Source: Blastocladiella emersonii ATCC 22665
Taxonomy: Eukaryota; Fungi; Blastocladiomycota
Reading direction: 5' to 3'
DNA length: 64,000 nt
Assembly: GCA_025594325.1 (NCBI GenBank)
Contig: JANHCV010000005.1
Location: 1,984,001-2,048,000, forward strand
Part shown: in pieces, positions 10,420 to 22,652 of the stretch
How positions within the stretch are numbered: position 1 is the stretch's first letter
Layout of the letters: each line of letters begins with the position of its first letter
Position numbers and translations under genes: made by a program
The notes under the pieces: generated by a model
What the model saw: only the letters and a program-made list of their open reading frames with translations
Databases searched by the model: none
Told to the model about the DNA's origin: nothing

Positions 10420-12089
10420 TCAGGCAGCAGACCCGTCCTGGAGGTAGCGCACCAGGTTGCGGCTCGCGACCGTGGCCGTCTCCATGGTGCTGAGGAACCG
10501 CTCGAACCCGTTGAGGTAGAACAGCCCGGCGTCGTCGAGGCCGAGCGGCGGGAAAAAGTCGGCCAGCGGGGCCTTGAGCTTGCGCGGGCGCAGCACCGGG
10601 TACGCATCCCACTCGCGCGCCCACTCGCGGTCGACGCGGTCGAACAGCGTGTCGCGCAGCGGCGAGTTTCCCAAAGAAACCGTCGAGAAGACCTTGTACA
10701 GGTGCACGCCGCGCGGGAACAGGCCGCCGCTCAGGTCGCGCACGCGGCTCACGGACTGGACGTTGCGCGATTGCTTGGTGGTCAGGATCTGCGCGGGCGC
10801 CGACGGGAACGTGGTCGCGTTGAGGCGGCCGAGGACGTGCGTGACGTGGATGTGGTGGTACGTGACGGGCGGAGAGGCGGCGATGGGTTTCGCGGAAGCC
10901 GGCAGCTGGATCGAGGCGGCCGCGGTCGGCGGGATGGCCAGGATCACCGTGTCGTAGCTCGAGCCGTTATCCGAGTCGGTGGTGCGCAGCGTGTACCCGC
11001 CCGTCTCGTCGTCGCGGTCCACGGCGGCGATGCGCGTGTTGAGGTGCACGCGGGCGCCCGACGCGGCCAGAAAGCCCTCGAAGATTCGCTGGTTGCCCTC
11101 TACGTCCCAAAGTCAGTCTCATGGTCACGGACGGGTACCCCAGTAGGAAGCGTACCAGCGACCGTGTACGTCGGGCCCTGCACGAACCCGATGAGCGCGC
11201 CGAGGCCGTGCACCTCGTCGAGATTGCGGCCGTAGTTGACGCGGGTGATGGCCTCGATGACCTCGGCCTTGAACGCCGGGCTGACCGAGCGCGCGTGAAA
11301 GTACTTGGTCGCCGTCACGTTGATCGGGTACTCGAGGCGCAGGTGCCCGACGAGGTCGCCCCACGCGGCGAAGCTGGGGAAATCGGCGCGGTAGACGTTG
11401 GCGAGCTTGGCGGCCTGCGAGTCGGCGAGGCGGGCGACGAGCGAGGGCGCGAGGCCGTAGCGCAGGAGGCCGCGCAGCTTGGACCGCCACCCGCCGCGCA
11501 AGTCCATTTCAAAGACGATGCGCGACCCGTCCCACAGCGACGCGACGTACGGTCCCGGGCTGTTGTCCTCGGGGTCCCCGTCAGTGCTGAGGTTGAAGGC
11601 GCGGGCCGCCTGGACCAAGTTACTGTGCACGGTGAGTGTCAGTACCTGCTCGATGGTTGTAGACAGTGTGACAACGTACCGGTTCTCCTCGACAAAGATG
11701 GACGCGCCCCACTCAACGCGCGCCGTCAGGTTGAGCGCCGCGGACAGGACGAGCTCCTCGCTGTGGCACCGCCCGCCGATGCGGTCCGCCGACTCGAACA
11801 CGTCGATCTCAATGCCGGGGAACGCCTTGGAGAGAAAGTAGGCCGCCGAGGTTCCACCGGGCCCCGCTCCCACGATGGCGACGCGCTTCGGTGTCGCTCT
11901 CTTACCCGAGCCGACGGCGGGCCGAGGACGGGTGCTGCCGTCGTCGTAGCCCCAGTGGCCGTAGCCGAGCTGCGGGACCGTCTGGTCGACTAGCAGCGGA
12001 TCCCGCTCCTGGTGCTGGGCCCGCGTCGACGCGCTCAGTGCGACGAGGCACACCAGTGCGGCGAGTGCTACTCCCAGATGATGCTTCAT
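10420..12089 (-). CDS. PCYOX1: Prenylcysteine oxidase/lyase
   Basis: Signal peptide; FAD motif RVAIVGAGPGGTSAAYFL...IGGR; C-terminal YLNGFERFLSTMETATVASRN; introns join the ORF pieces. Confidence 0.88.
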
Positions 12090-12245
12090 GGTTGCCGTTG
12101 CGTTGAGGCCAAGGACCGGAGGCCGCGAGGGGAGAAGCGACGCGACCGCGACTCGCGAAACGCGTCGATCACCCGTCACGTGCGCTCCTCCCGAACTCGC
12201 GTCTTTGCAAGTATCACGCCATGTGCCAATGTATTGTCAGGGTGG

Positions 12246-14285
12246 TCAGTCGAGCATGCTGGAGATGCGGCGGACCGGTGCCACGGTCGCCGAGGGTGTT
12301 GGACCGGCACCCATGCCCGCTGTCGTGGCCGTGGCCACCGCCGCCAATGGCCGCAGCGGCTCGAGCCGGAAGTCGACGCTCTCGACGATCCGCGCGGCAA
12401 TCTGCCCGACCGAGATGGCGAGCGCGACGATCACAAACTTGACGGCAAACTCGCCGCCCGAGCTCATGACGCCCGACACCTTTTGGTCCAGCAGACCGAC
12501 CGAGTACTACGCTCACGCTCAAAAGTCAGTCCCCACTACCATCAACCGCTCAGTCAAATAACGCACCTTGGTCGCAACGCTGCCGGGCACCAGCAGGATG
12601 ATCCCGCTCAGCGACACCTCGACGGCGCCGCCGCCGGTCAGCCGCGAGTACAGGTTGGCGCCGATGCCAATCACAAACGACACGACCAGCGACGTGGTCT
12701 CGATCCCGAACCCGAGCACGCTCGCGCACACGTAGAACAGCAGGTAGCTGACGCTCGACGACACGGTCATGGGAATGTACTGGTGCCGGTGCGCATTCAG
12801 CAGAATGTTGAGCGACAGCGTGATGAGCGGCAGGAACAGCAGGTTCCACAGCGGGTGCAGCGCGTGCGAGCACTGCAGCCCGACGGGCCGCGTCGCCGCC
12901 TCGGACAGCCCGAACACGGCGCCAAACAGATTGTACCCGATCGACAGGCCGAACGCGAGCTGGAACGCGATCATGAGCGACCACCACATGCGGCACGCGC
13001 CCGACACGATCTGCCGCGACGACAGCTCGATGAACGACGTCGAGATCCACAGGCCCGGCAGCGGGACCAAGAGGGCGGACAGCGTGGTGGCCGTGAAGCA
13101 GATGCTGGGCGAGATCCACTGCTGCGCCGCGAGCGTGAGGAACGCGACGGCCGTCGCCGCGGCAAACTCGAAGAGCGGGCCGAGGCTCGTGCCCGCCATG
13201 CCCATGTTCATGGCGCCGACGAGCAACCCCAAAACGAGGGACGCCCACGTGTCGTGCCACCCGCCGTTGAAGGCGAGCGGCGCACCGCCAAAACTGCCAA
13301 TCGCGAAAGCAAACAGCGTCGCGGTGCGGCCGTACAGCGACCCGTTCTGGATAATGTCCTCGAGCTCGGCGGTGGCCTCCTCGAGGCGGATCTGGTTGGC
13401 CGACAGCCGGTGGCACAGCTGGTTCGTGAAGTAGAGCCGGCCGACGTCGAGGCCGAACGCCATGTTGACCATGGTGGCCTCGCTGAACCCCCACGGGTGC
13501 TCGAAGCTGGCCTGCAGCGACGAGGGCAGCACGCCAAACTGCGCCGTGAGGCCGAGCGCGGTGGCGGCCTTGGTCAGGTCCGTCTCGAGGCGGAACGAGG
13601 GCAGGCCGAACGAGAAGAGCGCGCGGCCGAGCTTCATGACGAACGCCTTGGCCTGGTTGTAGTGCGCGAGCTGGTCGGGCGGGACGTGGTACGGCGAGTG
13701 GGGCGAGAGGAAGAGCTGCGAGGGGAAGGTCGGGAACGGTTGCTGCTGTTGTTGCTGTTGTGGGAACGGTGGCATGTCGAACTGCAGGTGGCGGCGGTGC
13801 GGCATGCTGGCGGGCGAGGGTAGGCGCGCGGTACCCGGAGCAGTGGTGGCGTGCAGCGAGGGCGAGCTGAGTGGGTCCGAGGTGAGGAGGGCGGTGCCGG
13901 CGCGGACGGCGGGCGATGCGGGCGACGGCGGCATCGAGTCGGCCGAGTAGCCTTGGGCGGGAGCCGTTGCGTGGGCGCGCGTATGGGCCGGCACAAACGG
14001 CAGGGCACCGTCGCCCATGACCGAGTGCGGCGTGAGCGGCGACACGTTGTCGGGAGCACCGGTACTAGGACCGGCAGCTGGAGCAACGTAGAGCGGCGGC
14101 GGCGTCGCGGTGCCCTCGGCGGCCGTCGTCGACAGCATGGACGCTCGTGGTCCGAGGGCCGCCGCAACGCTGGCGCGCAGGTTGCCGTCCGACGACGACG
14201 ACGCGAGGCTCTGCTCCCGCTGCTGCCGATCGTCATCAGACGGCTGCTGCGGCAAGTTGCGCAGTGCAATGTCTGCCTTTTCCAT
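12246..14285 (-). CDS. PRM10: ThrE/DUF1212 family membrane protein (PRM10-like)
   Basis: KLGRALFSFGLPSFRLE, LPGLWISTSFIELSSRQIVSGACR, IILLVPGS; ~10 TM helices; final exon ends at 12246. Confidence 0.88.
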
Positions 14286-14486
14286 TCGTTTATCAGAGTG
14301 CTTTCAGGGTTGGGGAGAGCGAGATTTGAGGGATGAAGCGCTCCCAAAAGTGGCTGATCGGCGGTTTTGTCTCGCAGGGCGCACGTGGCCGCGGATCGGG
14401 AGACGCGTCGCGACGCGTTGCTCCCGCTTCGTGTCGGCCCCCTCTCTCTTCTAGCCACTCGAAACCCAAGTCGATGAAGTTTGGGG

Positions 14487-15525
14487 ATGACTGACACCAT
14501 GCATTGTTCGATCCGCGTCGCTCTCGCCGCGTTTATGGCCTTCGCCATCGCCTTCGCGGCGCTCCTCGGACTCGTCGAGTCGGCGCACCGCGATTCTGCC
14601 GCGCCTGTCACCAAGCTCATCACAATTCCGTGGCGCGACCTGCCCGACTCGCCGTGGAAGCGCGACATGGTTGCCGCTGGCCTCGCCGCGCCGCAGGTCG
14701 TGCACCCGGACGGCATCGCCGCCGACTCGATCCGGTGGTCCTTGGCATACCCGAACAGCCGCATGACCGAGGCCGACTACTATGGCACGCTCCTCGCCAT
14801 CTGCACCCTCGAGACCCACCGCGTTCATGCCGACTGCGCCAACGTCGAATCGTGGGACCTCTCGCTCGAGACTCTCCACCACTTTGCCTCGGACTACTCG
14901 CTGCTCCCGGCCATCTTTGACCTCGTCTCGCCATCGGGCCGCTCGCACGGCCTTCTCGGCGCTCGATCCGACTCTCGGACCCGCTCGGGCCCGACTGTCA
15001 CGATCCGCGTCAACCACGAGCCAGAAGGCTCGGCGTCCGTTACGACTACGACAGCCACTGACCATTACACTTCCGCGCCCGCCTTCCCGGCTGCGACGGA
15101 CCTCTCGACTGTGCCGTCATCCAGCTCGGCCGCTGCTCCCGCTCCACCCGGCTCTCGTCGAGCTACTCGCAGCATCACGTACCCGCTCATGTCGGTGGCC
15201 ATCACCGTGTTCATCTACTTTGCTTCCGCCCTCCATCGATCTCGGGTGGTGAGCTCGTCCGACGTGTTCATCCTCCACGTCATCGCCAACGCACACGCCA
15301 ACATGGTCCGCCGCGGCCTGCTTCCTGATGGTACGCCAGCTCTATCAACCCTTCCGCTGGATCGGACACTTGGAGCTGACCGCGTACTCGGCCTCGATAG
15401 TCCCGATCGTGTTCGCGCTGCCCAACGACACTGCGGCGCAGGAACTCGAGCACCACGCGCATGCTGCGGCCGCTGCCTCAACCTTGTGGGCGTCGACACC
15501 GGCTGGCTTTGCCCCGGCGTGTTGA
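14487..15525 (+). CDS. Orphan secreted or single-pass membrane protein (island gene A)
   Basis: Hydrophobic N-terminus and a second TM (YPLMSVAITVFIYF); predicted intron 15331-15400 (GTACGC...GCTGAC...TAG) gives a stop at 15523-15525. Confidence 0.55.
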
Positions 15526-15557
15526 CGTACCTCAACACAATGTTGATCGGGCTTACG

Positions 15558-16390
15558 CATCGTCACCCAGCATCATCGCCACGGGGTACGCGACTGGCCC
15601 GCTTCACATCGATCGATGGGCACTGACCATTCATTCTGGACGCGCTCCCGTAGCTCATCCTCGCGCTGGCTTCTCGACTCGCACTTCACGCTCATCAACG
15701 CCAAAAGGTACCACGCAAGCAATTTGACCGCGCGCGACAACCTCGGTCCATCATCACGGTCCACTACATCCTCCTCAAGCGCACTACTACGCGGTCACAA
15801 CCATGTCGTAGCGTCTGCTCCCAGTCGCTCCTCATCTGGTACGCTCCGAGTTGGCCGGAAACCGCTCCCCGATCATCGCAGCTCACACTCATATCCCGCT
15901 AGCAACGACGCGTACCGGCCACCCATCGACATCACCATCGTGCGGCGTGCTTTCACAAGTCCTCCGACAAGACGCGCTTACCATCGCCCAACGGTCTCGA
16001 GTTACTTCGAACTCGACAGCGACACCACGCACGGCTCCCCGTCGACGTACATCGCCCGGCCGTGTGGGACAAATGTTCGCACACGGTCTATTAGGGGTGC
16101 GGTGCCGGGTGCGTTCAGGTCTGATGCCAGTCGCACGCGAGCGAGACCTGCTGGTGGATGTGGGCATAGAACTCATCGTTCGACGGTCCTCATGAGTTTA
16201 GCTAAATTTTTACAGATCGTTTGGTTGTGACTATGACCCGCGAGGCTGTATCAGGACCGCTTGAGAAAGTGGCGGGGGAGAGTTGCTCGCAGCGTGTTTG
16301 AGGCGCACGTGTGTGGCGCGGCGCGTCCCGCTAGCCCTTCGCGCCCACGTCGCACACTCGCGTCGCAATTCAAGCGGCGAGAGAGGACTA
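15558..16390 (+). repeat. Copy 1 of a diverged non-coding block containing two intron-like segments
   Basis: Aligns by eye with 20087-21455 (e.g. ctggtacgctccgagtt, gcagctcacactca, catcgcccggccgtg, tacagatcgtt.ggttgtgactatg). Confidence 0.85.
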
Positions 16391-18058
16391 TAATCGCGCG
16401 CTTCACGATCGCTGGCTAGCGCTGGGCACGTCACAAGGCGGTGAGGGCATCAAGACACGCTGGATGACCATCCGCTGTCGCGGACCCCGCAGTGCCTCGG
16501 TCGTATTTGACGGAAACAGTCTAGGCTTGCGAGATCTCCTGCCCAATGAAGGACATTAATCCGCGGCGTGACTCCAGTAGAGGAATCATTGAGCGTCCCG
16601 CACGTCCGATGGGCTGGTGCAGCGGGAACGATCGAAGGAAGTGGCGCAGCGACCGCCTCGGCGAGCCGACGCCGGGATAAATACACAAGGCCCGCAGTAC
16701 GGCAAGCGTATTCGTACGACGAGCGTCATGAAGAGATGATCCTAATCTTGATCCTAGGCCCTGATAAGTGAGGAGAAGCACCGTTAATGCGTTGCGGCGG
16801 GCATGAAGCTGGTCGGTCAACTGATGAGTAGGCGCAGCGCGTCGGCGTGTCTCGCACGGGAAATTCCGAAGCGCGCTTTGATTCTGCGCGAAACGCACGA
16901 GAGATTCAAGATCGAGAGACGGGGGACAACGAGTCGCGCCAAGTTCACGGGTCGTGGAGGAAGTCTCCTGATGGCAACCCCGCGTAAGCTGCCTGGGACG
17001 CGCATCCGTCGACGGACCGTTGCGTGTGCTACAGCAAGTTTAGCGACGGTATGGGGATGTAGGCAAATGCAATGGGAAGCAGATGAGCAGCGTAAAAAGC
17101 GAGTCTAGGATGGAAGTCGCGGGTCGCGACCCCACCGCCGCGCAGTTCCCGCGCGTGAGCTCTCACGTCAGCGACGTGGTCCTGTTGGTCGAACAGGCTG
17201 ACACCCGTACAAGGTAGCCTGATGCAGTGTGTGGTAGCTGAGAGCGCGTTCACCTGTGGCAAGAGGGGGCGCAAGACTCGGATCCGCTCGAACGTCATGG
17301 GCGCCGGACTCGTTTCGGCAGCGACGCGATGCAGTGACCCTCATGAATGCCGCATGCACGTGTCCGCGTTCAACCTTGGTACACTTCATTGAGCGGCCGT
17401 GAAGACTTCGTGACGCTGCCGAGTCGCGCCGATCAAACAGCGACGCCCCTGCCGCGTGTCGAGGTACCGACCTCCCTTCGCTGCCGCTGATTCGTGAGCA
17501 CTACCCAGTCAACTTTTCGGTCAAACCCCTTGATACTGGCCCGGGACATATCTTGTCAGCGGTTAGCAGAACGAGGCGGCAGCTGTGGCACAGCTCAACC
17601 GCCGCCGGGTCGGCGTCCAACTGCTGGCAGCCCACGTCGGCTCTCCTGCGGGCTCCGGGGATCACCGTTATGAAGTCTGGCCGGCTCAGACGTTGAAGAC
17701 GGGCGCGCTTACTTCAACCCATCATTGGTCGAGGCGGTGGTGGTTCAGCAGGACGCGATGCCAGAGCCGGCAAAACGTCTCCCGCGCGATCACGGCCGTG
17801 TCGCGTGATTTCGCGTCGCGTCTCGCACCCGGCGGCGCGCGCCACGGTTGCTGCTGCTCCGTGGCCGGGCCTGCCCGGTGCTGCTGCCTGCCCTGGCGCG
17901 CGGCCCGCCCGCCTCACCTCAACTCCTCCCGCCCTCGCCGACCCGTCGCCGCTCTCCCAACGGTACCCACCGAGATACCATACCCCGCAAGTCCCTGCAC
18001 TCGTGCACCGATACCGATACCGATACCCATACCCTCCTTTCGTCGCAACCCCGTCACC

Positions 18059-20071
18059 ATGGTTCGCGTCGCCGACCTCAAGCGCCGGCTCGCCGTCGCG
18101 GCGCTGCTCGCGTTCGCCATGGCCGCCTCGGTCGTGTGCCTCTTCATCGCGCCCGCCGGCAGCTCGGCCTCGACTGCCGCGCACCTCCCCGTCCCGTCCT
18201 CGGTCTACTCGGCGTCCGCCATCTCCGACTACACCTACTACCCGACCGCTGCCGCCGCGGTCCCGTCGGGCCGGCCCCTCGCCAACCAGGTCGTCGTCAC
18301 GGCGCTCGCCATGGTCCTCGAGCTCAGCCAGGCCCACGCGTTCGGTACGTCTGCTCCTCCTCTCGCTTATCGCGCCGCGCGCGATCGGGTGCGCGGACAC
18401 GGTCGCGTCGCGGCGTCACGCGTCGGGAGACGAAATCGTGACGCGCGGTGCGCACACGTGCCGCTCGATCGGACGCGTCGCGCCACTTTCGCCTCGCCTC
18501 ACTCCCTCACTTTTCCCCGACGACCATGAAGCTCACGCAACTCACCGCAACAATGGATCGAACGAACAGAGTTTGTCCCGACCTCGGTCCTCGCCGCGGC
18601 CGCTGTACTCGCCCCGCTCGCCTTCATCGCGACGGCCCCGCTGCACTCGTCCGCCGACCTGCTCGCCTATGCGCCTCGGCCGGTCCCGCACTCTGGCTTC
18701 CTCCCCATCCTGACGCTCCCGCCTACGCGTCCGCTGCCGCCTCGTGCAACGACGCGTCCGCCCGTGCGGCCCGCGCCACTTGCGGTCGAGTGCGTCCCGA
18801 CGTGGGCTGCCAATGCCACCGTGGCCATGTTCCCGCCCACCTTTGTCCCGACCTGTGGCCCGCACGCCATCACCTTCGTCACCTGCCGGTGCTCGACGCC
18901 TCGCTCGCTCGCCCGCCCCGTCGCCGTCGTACCCGCGGCCGCCGTCGCCACCCGGCCTCGCGCCTCGGCCCCGGCCGTGCCTGCGATCCCGCTCGACCTC
19001 ACGCAGTTTACCCGCCACCATGACCTCTCGTCGATGCCCATGCCCACCATGTCGGTCGCTCCCAGTGCCGCCGTGCCCGTCCAGTCCTCGGCGGCGGGCT
19101 CGGCCGAGCGTCTCAATCTCGTGTTCGACCTGTCCGGCTACCGCTTCGTCGTCGCCGCGTCCACGGGCGTTTTCGGCTCCGCCACGGACCTCACCATCGC
19201 CGAGACCCCGAGCCCGAGCCCGATTCCGGACGGCCAGGCCAAGCCCGACAACGACAGCATCTTCTCGAGTCAGCTGGCGGGCCCTCACGTCCAAGCTACG
19301 CTTCTCGTCGCCGGTTTCATCTCGGTCGCCGACCGCGTCACCACCGACCCTCTGGGCGTCGCCGCGCTCGTCGCCGCGCTCGTCTCGGCGCTCATCCGCG
19401 CGGTCACCGCCGTGGTCCACCGTCTCGACGACTTTCTGTGCTCGCGCTTCCTCGTCCTCGTCGAGTCGCTGGGCTTCAAGCACGCGCCCGAGCCGCACAA
19501 GTGCGCGACATACTCGCGCCACGGCTCGATCACCATGGTGGCCGGTGGTCCAGGCTACGCCATGAGCTCCGCCGGCGACGCGTCCTTCCTCGCCCCGCTC
19601 ACGCACGGTGCCGTCGTCGTGCGCTTCTCGCAGGTGGTCCTGCTGCAGTCCATTGGCAAGCACATGCTCCGGCCCGCCACCGACCTCGACCAGCGCGTCG
19701 CGGCCGCCCGCACCATTCGCCAGGGCGGCTTCAAGGCGCACTCGGACCGCCTGCGCGATGCGCTCGGGCTCAAGGCGGCGCGCTTCGCACCCAAGCCGGT
19801 GCGGGTCGCCTTCAAGCCCCTCGTTCCTGCCACCGACCCCAACAGGTGCTTCACGGACCGCCGCGCATGGAGCATCACGCAGCTCCAGCTCAAGTCGGTC
19901 GACGTATGCCGCTCGATTGCCGTCCGCAGCGCGTTCCTCCCCACCACCGCCCGCTACGAAGAATGGGAGGAGCTCAAACGCCGCCGTGACGTCAAGCACA
20001 AGCTCGCGAGCATTCTCTGCAACAAGAAGTTGAAGAAGCCCCGGTGGCTGCGCCGGGTCGCCCGCTTCTAG
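18059..20071 (+). CDS. Orphan membrane-anchored protein (island gene B), ~595 aa
   Basis: ATG at 18059 with signal anchor; intron 18345-18569 (GTACGT...AACAG) joins AHAF-E-FVPTS in frame to the long ORF ending at 20071. Confidence 0.6.
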
Positions 20072-20659
20072 TCGAGCCGCCTCGGCCATCGTCACTCAGC
20101 ATCATCATCGTCACGAGGTATGCGACTGAGTCTACTCGTATCGATCGGCGGTCACTAACTCTCCTCGCTGTGCTCGTTTTGATAGTTAATCCTCGCGCGC
20201 GCTACTCGACTCCCTCTTCACGTCCATCAACAACCTGCCGGTGCTGTTCGGCATCGGGTCACCATCACGGCCACTGGCACTCTCGAGTCGATCTTCCGCT
20301 GCATCCTCAACACGCGCGACCTCGAGCCGATGACCACGGCCATGTCGATGCTGTTCATCACCCGGCCGCGCCTCAACTGGTACGCTCCGAGTTCACTCGC
20401 GACCGCTTCCTGATGTTCGCAGCTCACACTCACCCCCGCTAGCTACCACGCGCATCTGCCGTCGGCGTCATCATCGCGCAGCGTGTCTCGACCAGTTCTA
20501 CAACAAGACACGCTCGCGGGCACCCGTCAAGCTCGAGTCGGCTCGACCTCAACAGCGACACCACGGCTGTCCGTCGTCGTGCATCGCCCGGCCGTGCGGG
20601 TCAGATGGTTTGGGACCTAGACGCGTCGAGCCACGTCCCCCGCTCGTGCGCTGCGGGGG

Positions 20660-20776
20660 CAAGGGATGGCGTACCTGAAGTGGCACCATTATTACGTGGT
20701 GTAGCGAGGGGAGGGGTTGGGGAGAACCTCCCGCCCAGAGTGAGGCCTGCCCCGCCGCCTCGCTCGCCATCCCTTG
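20660..20776. other. Structured hairpin element, copy 1 (candidate ncRNA or MITE-like element)
   Basis: Terminal inverted repeat CAAGGGATGGCG/CGCCATCCCTTG; inner stems GCGAGG/CCTCGC and GGAGGGG/CCCCGCC; 33-nt core identical to copy 2. Confidence 0.7.
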
Positions 20777-21022
20777 TCATCGTGGAGGACCGTGCTAGGC
20801 GCCTGTGCCATCACCATTGACCCGCTACGCCGAGCGCATATGTACGTCGACCGAGTCGTGGAGGCCGAGGATGGACGCGCGTGAGCGGGCTCGTGTTTGG
20901 GCGAGCTCGGGTCGCGCATTATCACCGTCGTCGTCCTCGGCCGCGCACACCGTCCCGACGCCGCGGTTCCAGCAGATGGGGCGGTACTCTAACGCAGGAC
21001 CATGTCCCCGGAGCGCACGGGA

Positions 21023-21109
21023 CAAGGGATGGCGAGCAGAGGGGAGTGGTTGGGGAGAACCTCCCGCCCAGAGTGAGGCCTGCCACGCCGCCTCTCTCGC
21101 CGTCCCTTG
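21023..21109. other. Structured hairpin element, copy 2
   Basis: CAAGGGATGGCGAG/CTCGCCGTCCCTTG, AGAGG/CCTCT and GGAGTGG/CCACGCC stems around the same 33-nt core. Confidence 0.7.
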
Positions 21110-21842
21110 CAGTTTCTGCGTGGTCTTGTACGGGGTATCGTTCTGTCACGGCTGATCCGCGGTGTAGGGCGTGTGCACGTCACACCGAGATCGGTCGCAC
21201 GCGAGCGAGGCACGCGCTAACGAGCGCGGTACCGTCGTCGTTCGGCGGCCCTCATGAGTTTCTCGATGAATGTACAGATCGTTCGGTTGTGACTATGCTC
21301 CGCGAGGCTACGCTAGGCCGCCCGGGTTCGCTTGAGTAGGTGGCGATGAGGAGAAGATCGCGACGCGTTTGAGGAGCACGAGTGTGGCGCAGCGCGTCCC
21401 GCTGACCTCCGAGCTGGCGTCGCATTCCAACGTCTAGATCCGCAGCAAGAGGACGAAGGACCAAAACTGCATTCTAAACTGGGATTCGAGAGAACGTAAA
21501 GTGGGTTTGTCCGATAGATGCACTGCGGCAAGCCCGGCTGAGGCAGAGTTGGAGGTGCGCATCTGTGGCGTCGGCTACCGGCACCCGCTTTGCTCACGCT
21601 CGCTCCCTCCTGTCGCCCTGTGCTGAGATGAACCTGCTGATGATGGGATGACATTCACTTCATGCAAACCGCCCGCCGTGATTGCTCCACCTCGAAGCCA
21701 ACGTTGCCTTCCCGTTCCTTGCACTTTTTGGGTTCCTCTTGAGCACCGCGGGCTCTCTTGTCGCGCGCGGACTAGTGCGCCCCCCGTTTTGTTATCTATC
21801 GAACGTGAACCATCGCTGTTGCCGCCAGCTGGCCATGAAACC

Positions 21843-22343
21843 ATGGACGACTTCGACCCAGAGCAGGGAGACGACATGCCTTCCAACTTTGCCGAGCGCT
21901 GGGCCGACATCATGATCTCGGACATGGACGTTGAGGAGCTTGCAAATTCACTTTGCGCTCGAGTTCCGCGTTGCTCGCTACAAGTGCTGAGCACAGCCTG
22001 CGCCATTGCCGCCTTCATCACGTTCACGCTCCGGACACTCGAAGACTTGCAGGCGACACTGGACAAAATTGGCGAGCAGCTCGAGCGGAAGCGGTTGTTC
22101 TTTGGTGCTCTGGATTCTTGCGAGCTCGACCTTGTGCGCGTTCGAGAACTCGACGTCTACGCGCAGTTCAGTATCCTCTCACTGGAGTTCGACACCATTC
22201 GCAACGCGGAAGCGGGCTTGGAACTGATGAAGGTCTCGCAGCAGTTGCGTGAGCTCGCCTGCAAGATCGCCCAGCTGACTTTGACGGCTGAGAACCTCTA
22301 CGGCATAACTCTACATTTGAAGATGATGGTCGACCTGATGTGA
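21843..22343 (+). CDS. Orphan helical protein, 166 aa
   Basis: ATG in a CCATGG context; uninterrupted amphipathic-helix ORF; lower GC than core genes; no recognisable family. Confidence 0.45.
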   Translation: MDDFDPEQGDDMPSNFAERWADIMISDMDVEELANSLCARVPRCSLQVLSTACAIAAFITFTLRTLEDLQATLDKIGEQLERKRLFFGALDSCELDLVRVRELDVYAQFSILSLEFDTIRNAEAGLELMKVSQQLRELACKIAQLTLTAENLYGITLHLKMMVDLM

Positions 22344-22652
22344 ATACAGATCCCTTCCGAGACCCTGACGCCTGTCGCGAGCGGATCAAACTTGGTGAAG
22401 CTGGACGTCATCCGAGTCAGCATAACCAGTGTGTGCCAACCACAGAATCTTGAGGTACTCGAGGTACTCGTGCGTCACCGTTGCAATCCAGAGGTGGGGT
22501 CATGGCAGGCGTCGCGTCAAGCACTTGTCTTGAGCGGTTGCCGGGACTTCCATGCACGCAGAAAGAATCAACATTAGAGCGGCGCACGCGGCACGCCAGA
22601 CACGCAGGACAGATGACAATGAACAGACAGATACAGGGCAAATCGGCCGGGT

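Larger units (their letters stand above)
20087..21455 (+). repeat. Copy 2 of the diverged non-coding block, with an internal duplication carrying two hairpins
   Basis: Homologous to 15558-16390 with ~0.5 kb of extra sequence between ~20615 and 21190. Confidence 0.85.

Noticed and set aside
14481-15626. Unspliced 381-aa version of island gene A
   Set aside because: It reads through canonical intron signals at 15331-15400 and ends inside another intron-like segment; the spliced model is preferred but unconfirmed
16785-16900. Hammerhead-like CTGATGA...GCGCAG/CTGCGC-GAAAC arrangement
   Set aside because: Extra bases separate CTGATGA from stem II, and no stem I can form next to a valid NUH site; probably chance
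20660-21109. Hairpins as SECIS, HDV-like ribozyme or tRNA
   Set aside because: No AUGA/GA quartet, the P1/P3 nested pseudoknot cannot be built on either strand, and no A/B boxes or cloverleaf
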